From contig CAVWLP010000002.1 of NCBI GenBank assembly GCA_963755915.1, positions 2,240,001 to 2,304,000 on the forward strand: 64,000 nucleotides of DNA. Direction: 5' to 3'. The translations under genes and the position numbers were made by a program. Below, piece by piece: positions 1-10,581 of the stretch. Origin of the DNA: an uncultured Phycisphaerales bacterium (GTDB taxonomy: Bacteria > Planctomycetota > Phycisphaerae > Tepidisphaerales > Tepidisphaeraceae). The notes below the pieces were generated by a model. That model saw only the letters and a list, made by a program, of their open reading frames with translations. It did no database searches and was not told the origin of the DNA. Numbering within the stretch: the stretch's first letter is position 1; every line of letters begins with the position of its first letter.

Positions 1-575
1 CGGCTTCCATCCTTGACGCCGGCGGGAATGCGGATGTCGATGGTCTCGATCTTTCCATCTCGGTTGATCTGAAGGGGCAGGTGCGTGCCGCGCGACGCCT
101 GCTCGAAGGAGAGGGTGACGGGGTGTTCGATATCCTGGCCGCGCGGCGGGGGCTCGGCGCGGGTTCGGCCTCTGCTGCCGCGGGTGCGGCCACCGCCGCC
201 GAAGAATTGTTCGAAGATGCTGCCGAAGTCTCCGCCTCCGGTGTCGAAATCTTCGACGCTGACGCCGGGCCCTCCCTGCCATTGCTGGCGGCCGGCGCCG
301 CCGGCCTGGGCGCGGCGGTAGGCTTCGTAGGGGTCGACGCCGGGGGTTGCGCCTACGCCGGCGTGGCCGAACTCGTCGTAGTTCTTGCGCTTGGTGGCAT
401 CGGAAAGGACTTCGTAGGCTTCCTGCGCTTCCTTGAATCGTTCGGTGGATTTCGGATCGTTCTTGGTTGCGTCGGGGTGAAACTTTCGCGCCATCTTCCG
501 AAACGCCGACTTGATCTCGTCCGCCGACGCGGACTTGGAAACCCCCAGGACGTCGTAATAGTCTTTCTTGGCCAT
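1..575 (-). CDS. DnaJ-class (CbpA-like, type II) molecular chaperone, truncated at the window start
   Basis: Manual translation from ATG at 575: [12 protein letters not shown]...RKFHPD (J-domain HPD motif), G/F-rich linker, then [16 protein letters not shown]...[10 protein letters not shown]; no Cys zinc finger. Missing from the ORF track because it runs off the edge. Confidence 0.9.
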   Translation of the reverse strand, partial: MAKKDYYDVLGVSKSASADEIKSAFRKMARKFHPDATKNDPKSTERFKEAQEAYEVLSDATKRKNYDEFGHAGVGATPGVDPYEAYRRAQAGGAGRQQWQGGPGVSVEDFDTGGGDFGSIFEQFFGGGGRTRGSRGRTRAEPPPRGQDIEHPVTLSFEQASRGTHLPLQINRDGKIETIDIRIPAGVKDGS

Positions 576-769
576 ATATTCTTTTGGCAATCTTAGCAGC
601 GAATTGGATGGGGGTGAAAGGATGTTGTGGATTCGCGAGTTTTTGGCGCATAGGTCTTCTCCCCTCTCCTTCTACCCAGCTTGTCATTACTCACGTTTTT
701 ATGGGGAAGCCGCGTAATTTGGGGAGAAAAGAAGAGAAAGAGTATTATCGGTTACGGTTTTGGTGACGA

Positions 770-925
770 GAAGATGCGGCGGTTCGAATGTAACAGGCAT
801 TTCCGCTGCGATGGCACATGGCTGTCCGGGTGACGTTCGGGGCGGCCTTGAGGTTGTTGGACGGGAAAGCACCGTGCGGTTCGACACAACTCACCGAAGT
901 CAAGCACGGCGGCTACACGGGGAAT
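770..925 (+). ncRNA. Candidate structured ncRNA, possibly 6S RNA
   Basis: Intergenic and able to form a long rod. Segments TGCGGCGGTTCG (5'), GACACAACTCACC and CACGGCGGC (3') resemble conserved 6S RNA segments; TATTAT -10-like hexamer at 744-749. Not tested with a covariance model. Confidence 0.4.
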
Positions 926-958
926 TATGCTGTACCCAGGGAGAGGGGGTAAAGGCCG

Positions 959-3704
959 CTAATGATCGTCGTCGTCATCGTCGTCCGAGTCGGAGTGGTT
1001 CCCGGTCTGGCCAATGCCATCGGGAAACGGCACCCATGAACCCCTGGCGGCGTTCCAGAGAATGTGGTTGAGAAGGTCTTCGGGGCACTGGTCGGGCTGC
1101 GACAGCGGGAGGTCCGCAGACGCCAGGGCATATTGCCGCGTGAGGGGGTCGCGAATTGCCACGGGGGCGGGGTTCATTTCGTTGAGGAAAACATTTGGTT
1201 GCTCCGCGTCGTAGGGGGTGAAATCCGGGGTATCCGTGAAGCAATCGCTCATTGGAGTCGCCTGGGCGTCGAACTGGTTCATGGGGGGCAGTCCGAGGAT
1301 CAGCTCCATGGTGTGCATCAGGCCGGGCTGGGCGTAGTTGGTGTCAACGACGGCGTTTCGTTTGGTGTAGGGGCTGATGACGTAGGCGGTGGTGCGGAAG
1401 GCGTTCACGTGGTCCCAGCCGTCCTGGGTGTCGTCTTCGATGGCGAATATGCAGGTGTCTTTCCAGAAGGCACTGTGACTGACAGCTTCGACGACCTGCC
1501 CGACGGCGAGATCGTTATCCGCGACCTGGGCTTCGGGGGTTGGGGCGCCGTAGCGCGTGCCGGAGGTGTGATCATTGGGGAGCCAGAGGATGCACATATC
1601 GGGGAATGTTCCGGATTTTTCGAAGGCGTGGAGTTCGGCGATAAATTTCTGAGCGCGGACGACGTCGGGAATTTCAAGGGCCCATCCGACGGTGTCGGTG
1701 TCGAGATATTTGGCGAGCGAGGCAATTCCGGCGCACGAGCCGATGCGGGTGTTGTGGGTGCCGCGCACGTAGTCGTTGAGGTAATTGAGATAGCCGGGAT
1801 TCCAGTCGGGATGGGTGTCGCCGGCCCATCCGCTGGTGCTGAGGGTGAATTCGCCGTAATCACGGAGGGATTTTCCGTGGGCGGTGACGTTGTCCCAGAT
1901 GAATCCGCTGGAGGAGTAGGCCAGCGCGTCGAAGCCCCCTTCAGTCCCGCCAAAGGGGTAGCTGCGGGGAAAATTGGCGGCGAATGAGCGTTCGACGTAA
2001 TCGGTGCAGAAGGCGCTGTCGGCCCATTGATGGCCATCGGCGCTGATTGCGCCAGAGCAGTAGGTGTTGTCGAGAAGAACAAATTGCCGGCTGATTTTGT
2101 GCTCGTTGGGGGTTACCTTCTGCCCGTAAATGCACAGGGATGCGGCTCCGTTCCCTTCCGGCATGTCGCCGAGGACCTGATCGTACGTGCGGTTCTCCTT
2201 GATGATGTAGATCACGTGATTAAAGACGGAGGGTTCGCCGACGCGATCCGGCACCGGCTTGGGCAGGACATTGGGCGCGGGGGGAGGATCGAGGCGAGCG
2301 CGGCGCGGCGGCGGTCGTTCTCGAGGACGGTCTCGGTCATGATTTGCAGTTGCGTGGTGCTGGGGATGGGAATCAGCGAAAGGGTTCCATAAAACTGGAG
2401 GGAGTTAAATTTTGGCGGCTCATCGGGCGGCAATCGTTTTCCGGAACCGAGACCTTTGATGTTGGCGACGTAGATCGCGTTTCGGGCCGGATCGGAAACG
2501 ATGGCGCCGGGATACCATCCGGTTGGAATCAAACCGCGGAGGGTTGAACCGCCCTTGGAGACGTCCGGCGAGAAATCGATGACCGCCACGGCGTTTTGGG
2601 TGCCGTTGCAGGCGTAGAGCGTTGTTCCGGCCGCATCGAAAGCGAGGGCATTGGGGCTGGCGCCGAAAAAGTCTTTTGAATCCCAGCGCGAGCAGATGGT
2701 TTGAACCACGGTATCGGTGGAGCAGTCGATGATGCTGATGGTGTCGCTGTTGGCGTTGGCGACGGCGACAAATTTACTGTCCGGCGAGGCGCCAGGGCGC
2801 AGGCGTGCATGCCGGTGAGAATTTCCTTGATCGTCTTGCCGGTCTGAAAGTCGAGGACGGAGACCGATCCTTCATTGGCGATATAGCGCACGGGATCGAC
2901 CCGCACGGTGGCCCCTTCGCCGATCGGGCCCCTGGGCCCGGTGGCATCCACGCGCCGGCCGCCCCAGTTGCTGACGTAGGCTTTCTGCCCGACGATGAGA
3001 ACGTCATACGGGGCGTCTCCCACGGCCCACTGCCGGAGCCACTGGCCGGTTTGGGCGTCCATTTCCAGCAGACGATTGGAGACATTGAGCACGACATAGA
3101 GACGCTTCCCATCGGCGGAAGTCTTCAGGCCGGCCGGGACGTCGACGCGATGATATTGAAGCTGGGTATCGGGCAGTGGGAAAATATTCACGGGCCAGAC
3201 GAACTGGTTTTTGTCGACGCCGAAGACCTGGATGTTCCCCAAGCCGTTGGAGAGATAAATGTGCGAGCCGTCCGGCGAGAAGGTGAGGCCGGTGAAACTG
3301 GCGTCGGCATTTTGGTCCGGCTTGAGATCGTTTGCCGAGGGGGGGGCGGCGGCGCCGGGTTTCCTGGAGAAGAGGGGCAGATGCTGGAGAACCTTGCCCG
3401 TCGCGGGGTCAACCAGGACGAGCTCGTGAGTAATTCCGCAAGTCGCGAGCATCGATCCGTCGGGGCTGAAGGCCAGGACCTGGGGCCTCATGCCGGGCAG
3501 CTCGACTTGTGTTCCCGCCGGCGTGAGAAGCTGCTGCGTCGGGAGCATCGCGCCACCGGCGGCAAAGGGGTTCACCGCTGCGGTCGGATTCTTCTGGAGC
3601 CAATCGGCGTCGGAGCTGGGATCGGGCGCGGGCTTTTTGCAGCCAGACAATCCTGTCCAGGCCATGGCGGCCAATACGAACAGTCCAATCTTCCAGTTCT
3701 TCAC
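959..3704 (-). CDS. YncE-like beta-propeller / alkaline-phosphatase-superfamily phosphoesterase lipoprotein, split by two frameshifts
   Basis: ORFs 2529..3746, 2212..2709 and 959..2254 join up: lipobox LSGC, YVTN-type propeller repeats (YVSNWGG, IYVANIKG), then IIKENRTYDQVLGD, WLPNDHT and AIEDDTQDGWDHV. Confidence 0.85.
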
Positions 3705-3898
3705 CGGCAAGTTCCGAAATGACACTCGTGCCGTACTGCCATCCACCCTTTTGTGCAGTGCTTCGTTTGGCCCGTCGGCTTTCGCGTTGGGGCTTTGGGG
3801 GAATCTTAAGGTTCGCTAAAGACTCCGTCCAGACCACCGGTGCGTCCTTGTTGTAACCCCAGCAACAGGCTAACATACGCCCAACCCGGAGAACCGAC

Positions 3899-4126
3899 TT
3901 GGCCAAATCTGAACCGATTGAAGTGGAAGCGACCGTCACCACCGCCTTGCCGAACGCGATGTTCAAGCTTCGGCTCGAGCAAGGGGGCGCGTCGCGGGAG
4001 ATCCTCGGTCACGTCTCCGGGAAAATGCGCAAGCATTTCATCCGCATCCTCCCCGGCGATAAGGTGAAGGTGGAACTATCCCCCTACGACCTCACCCGCG
4101 GCAGGATCGTTTTCCGGCAGAAATAA
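3899..4126 (+). CDS. infA: Translation initiation factor IF-1
   Basis: [22 protein letters not shown]...[36 protein letters not shown]. Confidence 0.97.
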   Translation: MAKSEPIEVEATVTTALPNAMFKLRLEQGGASREILGHVSGKMRKHFIRILPGDKVKVELSPYDLTRGRIVFRQK

Positions 4127-4206
4127 GCCGACCCGGGCCTCAGACATTCAAGCTGCGGTAAGTCGGTCTGTACAACCCCGCGCAATCGCTATACCTTTTT
4201 TGTCCC

Positions 4207-4767
4207 ATGCAAACCAACATCACCGGCAAAGCCTACGTGCTTGGCGACAACGTCGATACCGACCAGATCATCCCCGCGCAATATCTTTCGTATAACCCTT
4301 CCATCCCCGAAGAACGGAAATTTTTCGGCATGTATGCCCTGAGCAGCGTCCCGGACGGCCAGGCCGGGCTGCCCGCGGGCAATGTTCGTTTCGTCCGGCC
4401 CAACGAATTCAGGAGCGATTTTCAGATCGTCATTGGCGGGAAGAATTTCGGCTCCGGGTCCAGTCGAGAACATGCCCCCCTGGCCTTGGCGGAGGCGGGG
4501 TGCAAATGCGTCATCGCCGAGTTCTATGCCCGGATCTTTTTCCGCAATAGCGTCAATGGGGGATACCTGATTCCGCTGGAATCCAAATCGCGGCTGGTCG
4601 ACAAGGTGCGCACGGGCGACGAGCTGGAAGTCCGTCTCGATGAGCTGGTCGTTATTAACAAAACGCTGAACCAGCGGCATGAGCTTTTGCCGATCGGCGA
4701 TGCGCTGCCCATCATCGAGGCGGGGGGGATTTTTCCATATGCCAAGGCGGCGGGGATGTTGAAATAA
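4207..4767 (+). CDS. leuD: 3-isopropylmalate dehydratase small subunit (LeuD/HacB type)
   Basis: GDNVDTDQIIPA, NFGSGSSREHAP and FYARIFFRNSVNGG motifs. Confidence 0.9.
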   Translation: MQTNITGKAYVLGDNVDTDQIIPAQYLSYNPSIPEERKFFGMYALSSVPDGQAGLPAGNVRFVRPNEFRSDFQIVIGGKNFGSGSSREHAPLALAEAGCKCVIAEFYARIFFRNSVNGGYLIPLESKSRLVDKVRTGDELEVRLDELVVINKTLNQRHELLPIGDALPIIEAGGIFPYAKAAGMLK

Positions 4768-6694
4768 CAAAATGGGGATGTCGGCTCTTCACCCCTCGTT
4801 GAACTGTGGAAGAGAGGCGGCGATGGAGTTGATTGGGGCGGAGCCGGGGGTTGGGGGCCGTAGATGAGGCGGCGCTGGGTTTGTTCGCTGGGGCGGCGGA
4901 TGAGGAGGCGGATTCCGAACTGGGAGTCGTGCAAGGGCTCGGCGCCGAGGTAGAGCATGGGGAGGGGTTGCTCCTGATAGTTGGCCTGGATCCAGGCGAA
5001 GATTTTCTGGCCGTAGTCGCGGCCGAAGAAGCGCTCGCCGAATTCTATGGTGTCCTTGTGGACGAGGAAGATGAAGTCGGGGGGGGAAGAGCGGAGGGAG
5101 GCGAGCATCTGGGATTCGCCGAAGAGGAGGAGGTCGGGGGGATTGAAGTTGACGTAGGGAGTGGGGGTGGGGATTCGTGCTAAATAATTGATGATGATTC
5201 CTTCGGGGAAACAGGCGAGGGTTTTGCCGGGGGGGATTTGCTTCGCGGCGAGGACGGCGTTGTTGACGCAGATAGCGCGGGTGGGGTCGGCCCAGAATTG
5301 ATCGGGGCCGGAGCCGACGGAAGTGGTGAGCGGCTGCATGAAGATGTGGGTGAACCAGAGGTAGACAAGCAGCACGACGGTCCAGATGCCTGCCATGCCG
5401 GAGAGGAAAATGCCGGGGCAACCACCGAGGCGGCGAAGGCAGACGGGGATCCATTGGAAGAGGGTGACGATAAGGAGCATGACGGCGGGCATGGCCAGCC
5501 AGCAGCCGTAGTGGCTGACGCGTGCGTAGAGAATTATTTTGCTCATGAGGACGAGGCTAAAAACGCTGAGAATTGCAGGAAGCGCGCACTCTTTTGCGCG
5601 GCTCGTCGCCGAAATATCTGGGCAAGCGAGATGGCGACGATTGCGGCGATGACGAGCGGAAGTGGGCGGAATATTTGCCAATCGCGCTGGGACCAGTGCC
5701 AACCGGCGGCAAAAATGCCGATGAGAAATGCGACAAGGAGGGTGAGAGTAGAGCGGCGTGGAGCCGGCATTGCCGCCCAGGCGGCGAAGGCGGCGGTGGG
5801 AATGCACCAGGCGGCGGACCAGGCGAACATCAGTCGAAAACTGCGGGGGATGTCGTCGAGGCCCATGCTGTGAAGGTAAAAGTGCTGGGAGGAGACGTTT
5901 CCGCGGAGCAGGGCGGGCCACATGCCGAGGGTGCCGTGGAGGGCGGCGCTGAAGGGCATCGCCAATGAGAGGAGGAAGGCGCTGATCAAGGTGGGAAGGG
6001 GGAGGGTGAGGGCGAAAATCGCGATGGAGGGCGGAAGTTTTTTCCAATCGGCCGCGGCGAGGATGAGGAAGGCGATCGCGGCGGCGGCGATGAGGGCGAC
6101 GAAGAATTCGGCGCGGGTGAGGAAGACCAATCCTGCCAGGAATCCGGCGAGTGCGGCGATTGTGGATCTGGGTTTTTCGGTGAGGCGGTGGAGGGGGATG
6201 ATGCAGGCGAGACTCAGGAGCGTTGCGTGGGTGTAGTCGTATTCGTAGGGGCAGACGAAGTTGTAGTTGCCGGCGATGGTGAGGTGGGCGAAGGCGAAGA
6301 GGATGAGGAAAGAGAGAGAGCAGAGGGTGGCGCAGAGGCGACCGCCGAGGCGGTGGGCGAGGTAGTAGATGAGGATGATTGTGGCGATGAGGATGGGGAG
6401 GTTGGCGAATTCGAGGACGCGGAGATTGGCGCCGAAGAGACGGAAGGCGAGGGCGTTAAAGTAGACGGAGAGTGGGCCGGTGTAGTGGGCGATGTCGCGG
6501 TAGAGGACTTTTCCCTGGGAGAGTTGCCAAGGGACAAAGAGCTGGACGGCGAAGTCGACGAGGACGTCGGCCCATCGCTGCCAGGTCCAGATGAGCAGAG
6601 AGATGAAGGCGACGGCGAGGGCGGCGGGCGGGGCCCAGGGGCGCAGCCAGAGGGGATCTTGTTTGGACGAATCGGAAGCGGGGGGGAGGGTCAT
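4524..6694 (-). CDS. GT-C (ArnT/PMT-like) membrane glycosyltransferase, frameshifted; true 3' end uncertain because the ORF overlaps leuD
   Basis: ORF 5543..7117 from MTLPP at 6694 plus ORF 4524..6047; GKVLYRDIAHYTGPLSVYFNA motif and many TM helices. Confidence 0.7.
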
Positions 6695-6707
6695 GGAGCG
6701 GGGACCA

Positions 6708-7997
6708 TCATACTGATTCGGCGGCGGAAGCGTCGGGTGGGAGAGGGAAGGAGCGCGCGTCGGTTGATTTGGCGCGGAGGGAAACGGTCCAGAGGAAAGC
6801 GGCGAAGATGATGACGGCGGCGACGAGGAAGGGGCCGGAGAGGCTGAAGTGAAAGGCGGCGGCGGCGATGACGGGGCCGATGACGCGGGCGATGCTTCCG
6901 AGGCCCTGGTTGAGGCCAAAGACGAGGCCTTGTTCGGAAGGATCGCTGGTGTGGGAGATGAGGGCGTAGAGTGTGGGGGTCTGGAGGCTGCGGCCGATGG
7001 CGTTGAGCGCGCCGCCGAGGAGGACGATGATGAGGAGCGGCTTGATGCCGGCGAGGGCGAGCAGGAGCATGGCGAGGGAGACGAAGAGGGGCCCGACGAT
7101 TGCCAGCGGCCATTCACCGGCGAGTTTGGTGAGGCGGCCGATGAATCCGCCCTGGACGGTGGCGATCATGATTCCGATGTAAGCGTAGTAGAAGCCGACG
7201 GCGCTTTCGGAAAAGTTGAAGGTTCGGTGGTCGCTGAGGAAGAGGGCGATCATGCTCTCCATCATGACGAAGGCGGCCATGCTGATGAAGGCGATGGAAA
7301 GAAGCTGGACGAGTTGGCTTTTTCGAAAGACGGGGATGAAGCGGCTGGGATGGAGCCAGCCGGCGGCTTCGGAGGGTTTGTGGACGCGGCTTTCCTGGAG
7401 GCGGAAGAAGGTCTGGAGCATGGCGATGAAGCTCATGAGTGCGGCGAAATAGCCGGGGAGGGCGGGGTGAATGGTGACGAGCAGAGCGCCGAGTGCGGGG
7501 CCCATGGCGAAGCCGACGCCGAAGGCGGCGCCGAGGACGCCCATTCCGCGTGCGCGGTTTGCTTTGGTGGTGACGTCGCTGATGTAGGCTTGTGCGGTGG
7601 AGATGTTTCCACCGGTGGTGCCGTCAATGAAGCGGGAGCAATAGATGAGGATCAGGGCGTAGGCGGGGTGTGCCCAGTGGAGGTTCATGACGATTCCCAG
7701 AAGGAGGTAGCCGAGGGAGCTGCCGAGCTGGGAGAAGACGAGGACGGGTCGGCGACCGAAGCGGTCGGAGAGGACGCCGAGGATGGGGGAGGCGACGAAC
7801 TGGCAGGCGGAATAAATCGAGAAGAGGAGGCCGACGTCGAGTGCGGAGGCGCTGTATTGCTTGGCGAAGAGGGGAAGCAAGGGGATGATGATGCCGAAGC
7901 CCATCAGATCGCAGAAGACGATGAGGAAGATGGTGAAGAGAGCGCCTGGGGGAGGGGCGTTGTCGGGCTGAGCGTCGGGAATTGCGGAGTCGGTCAT
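6708..7997 (-). CDS. MFS transporter, TetA/DHA1 family
   Basis: Motif A GVLSDRFGRRPVL, QAYISDVT...RARGMG..GAAFGVGFAMGP; about 12 TM helices. Confidence 0.92.
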   Translation of the reverse strand: MTDSAIPDAQPDNAPPPGALFTIFLIVFCDLMGFGIIIPLLPLFAKQYSASALDVGLLFSIYSACQFVASPILGVLSDRFGRRPVLVFSQLGSSLGYLLLGIVMNLHWAHPAYALILIYCSRFIDGTTGGNISTAQAYISDVTTKANRARGMGVLGAAFGVGFAMGPALGALLVTIHPALPGYFAALMSFIAMLQTFFRLQESRVHKPSEAAGWLHPSRFIPVFRKSQLVQLLSIAFISMAAFVMMESMIALFLSDHRTFNFSESAVGFYYAYIGIMIATVQGGFIGRLTKLAGEWPLAIVGPLFVSLAMLLLALAGIKPLLIIVLLGGALNAIGRSLQTPTLYALISHTSDPSEQGLVFGLNQGLGSIARVIGPVIAAAAFHFSLSGPFLVAAVIIFAAFLWTVSLRAKSTDARSFPLPPDASAAESV

Positions 7998-8083
7998 CGG
8001 TTTGGGTTATAGCATCGAGCAAGACTCGGCGGAACGGGGCCGGTGGCGTAAAATGCCGCAGCACTAAATCACGAGGAGATTGA

Positions 8084-9208
8084 ATGAATTCGGAAATCAA
8101 AACGAAAATGTCGCGCGTGGGTGAGTTCCTGGACAGGCACAAACTCGACGGAGTTTTTCTGAATCATCGGGCGAGCTTTGCGTGGATTACCGCCGGGAAA
8201 GACAATCATATCGCGAGCAGTTCGCCGAATGGGGTGGCGGGGATTCTGTTGACGCGCGATAAGCGGGTTTGTTTTACGAATACGATCGAGGGGCCGCGGT
8301 TCAGGGATGAGGAGCTGGCGGGGACGGGGATCGAAGTGGTGGTTTATCCTTGGCAGGATCCGAAGGCGGGGCAGAAGGCGATGAAGGAATTGATCGCGGG
8401 GAGGAAGATAGCATCCGATGCGACGGATAGCGGGGAGTTCGATCGGTTTGGGGCGGGATTGCTGCGGCTGCCGGAGGAATTTGTGCAGTTGCGATGGTCG
8501 CTTACGCCGGAGGAGGTTGAACGGTATCGGGAAGGGGGGCGGCGGACTTCGGCGGCAATTGAGGGGGCTTGCCGAAAGATAACGCGGGGGATGACGGAGC
8601 ATGAGATCGCGGCGGTGCTGGATGGCGAGGTGCATTCGCGGAGTATGCTTCCGGTGGTGACGCTGGTGGCGGCGGATGAGCGGGTGAGGCGGTTTCGGCA
8701 TCCGATTCCGACGGAAAACCACGTGAAGCAGTATTGCATGCTGGTGACGTGCGCGTCGTTTGGGGGGCTGATTTCGAATGCGACGCGGTTTGTGAGCTTT
8801 GAGCCGCTGTCGGCGGAAATCCGTAAAAAGCAGCAGGCGGTTTGTAATGTGGATGCGATGGTGAACCTGTCGACGCGGCCGGGGAAGACGCTGGGGGAGA
8901 TGTTTACGGTGATCGAGAAGGCGTATGCGGAGAATGGATTTCCGGGGGAAGAGAAGCTGCATCACCAGGGGGGGACGACGGGATATGCGGGGAGAGATGT
9001 TTTCGCGGAGCCGGTGTCGGGGGTGCGGGTGGTGGCGAATCAGGCGCTGGCCTGGAATCCGTCGATCACGGGCGTGAAGAGCGAGGATACGATTTTGTGT
9101 TCCGAAACGGGGATTGAGATGATTACGACGGTTTCGGCGGATTGGCCGAAGGTTCGGGGAACATATCAGGGGCAGATGCTGGAGCGTGCGGATATTTTAT
9201 TGAGGTGA
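8084..9208 (+). CDS. M24-family (Xaa-Pro-like) peptidase
   Basis: FRHPIPT, LHHQGG and WNPSITGVKSEDT pita-bread fold motifs. Confidence 0.85.
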   Translation: MNSEIKTKMSRVGEFLDRHKLDGVFLNHRASFAWITAGKDNHIASSSPNGVAGILLTRDKRVCFTNTIEGPRFRDEELAGTGIEVVVYPWQDPKAGQKAMKELIAGRKIASDATDSGEFDRFGAGLLRLPEEFVQLRWSLTPEEVERYREGGRRTSAAIEGACRKITRGMTEHEIAAVLDGEVHSRSMLPVVTLVAADERVRRFRHPIPTENHVKQYCMLVTCASFGGLISNATRFVSFEPLSAEIRKKQQAVCNVDAMVNLSTRPGKTLGEMFTVIEKAYAENGFPGEEKLHHQGGTTGYAGRDVFAEPVSGVRVVANQALAWNPSITGVKSEDTILCSETGIEMITTVSADWPKVRGTYQGQMLERADILLR

Positions 9209-10558
9209 GGGCGAAGAAGACGGTGGGGGAGCGGGGGAGGGGTCGGGGTCGATGAAGAGCTGTTCGGAGGAGGCGTCGTAGCCGAAGAGTTCGGCGAAAC
9301 GTCCCCAGCCGACGATAGTGTGGAAGGTGCGTTCGACGTCTTCGGTGGTGAGGCGGACGGCGAGTTCTTCCTCGATGATTTCCTTGGTGAGACGGTTGTC
9401 TTTGGCTTCCTTGAGAAGGTGGAGGACGAATTTGAAGGTGCCGAGGGTGAGGAGCTGCTGGCGGTAGAGGCTCTTGCGGACGTTGGCGTCGCCGTCGAGG
9501 AAGCGGCGGCCGAGATCGGTGAGGAGGACCTGATTTTTGGGGGTGTCAAGGAAACCGAGAAGCTCGCCGGCCTTGACGACGGCGATGGTGTGTCCGAAAT
9601 CGTATTCGGTGAGGGTATCGAGCTTGAAGACGTCGATCTGGCTGTTGTGATCGCGGACGATTTCCATGAGTCCGACGATGTGACCGATGTTGACGGCGGG
9701 GATGGGTGAGGGGGCGGGGATTCCGCCGACTTCTTCGGGGGCGGGGATGGCTTCCTTGGGAACGTCGGGCATCTGCTCGTTGGTGATGACGTCGTGGAGG
9801 CGCTGGACCATTTTCTGGAAGGCCGGGGCGTTGTACTCGCGCGGGTGGGGGACGTCGTTCTGGATCATGGTTCGGATGCGTCCGGGGCGGGTGCCCATGA
9901 CGACAATGCGGTCGGCGAGGAAGACGGCTTCTTCGATGTGGTGGGTGATGATGACGACGCTTTTGGGCTGGAAGGGGAGCTTGCTGTTGCCGCCGGACCA
10001 CATGCGGTAGATCTCGCTGCGAAGGCTTTCGGCGGTGAAGACGTCGAGGGCGCTGCAGGGTTCGTCCATGCAGAGGAGTTCGGGAGCGCGGGCGAGGGCG
10101 CGGGCGATGCCGACGCGCTGCTTCATGCCGCCGGAGAGTTCCTTGGGATAGGCTTCTTCGAAGCCTTCGAGGCCGACGACGTCGATGCAGCGGGCGATGC
10201 GGTCTTTGGCGTCGTTGGCGCCCAGATCGAGGCCGTTGAGGGCGAGCTTGATGTTTTCGAAGACAGTGAGCCAGGGGAAGAGGGCGAAATTCTGGAAGAC
10301 GAGGGAGGCGCCGGGGTGAATGCCGTGGAGGGGCTGGCCGTGGACGAGGACTTTTCCGCTGGTGGGCTGGAGGAGTCCGATCATGATTCGGAGGAGGGTG
10401 CTTTTGCCGGAGCCGCTGGGGCCGAGGATGGCGAGTACCTCGCCGCTTTTGACGGCGAGGCAGACCCTGTCGAGGACGAGGAGGCGGTTGGTGTCTTTGG
10501 ACTCTCCAAAGAGCATCGAGACGTCGATGGCTTCGCTGATGGGTGAACCGTTTTCCAT
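9197..10558 (-). CDS. NitT/TauT-family ABC transporter ATP-binding protein with C-terminal AAA-associated domain
   Basis: Walker A GPSGSGKST, signature LSGGMKQR, CMDEP, C-terminal WGRFAELFGYD. Confidence 0.92.
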   Translation of the reverse strand: MENGSPISEAIDVSMLFGESKDTNRLLVLDRVCLAVKSGEVLAILGPSGSGKSTLLRIMIGLLQPTSGKVLVHGQPLHGIHPGASLVFQNFALFPWLTVFENIKLALNGLDLGANDAKDRIARCIDVVGLEGFEEAYPKELSGGMKQRVGIARALARAPELLCMDEPCSALDVFTAESLRSEIYRMWSGGNSKLPFQPKSVVIITHHIEEAVFLADRIVVMGTRPGRIRTMIQNDVPHPREYNAPAFQKMVQRLHDVITNEQMPDVPKEAIPAPEEVGGIPAPSPIPAVNIGHIVGLMEIVRDHNSQIDVFKLDTLTEYDFGHTIAVVKAGELLGFLDTPKNQVLLTDLGRRFLDGDANVRKSLYRQQLLTLGTFKFVLHLLKEAKDNRLTKEIIEEELAVRLTTEDVERTFHTIVGWGRFAELFGYDASSEQLFIDPDPSPAPPPSSSPSPQ

Positions 10559-10581
10559 TTCCGCCGTGATCCTATTTTAGG

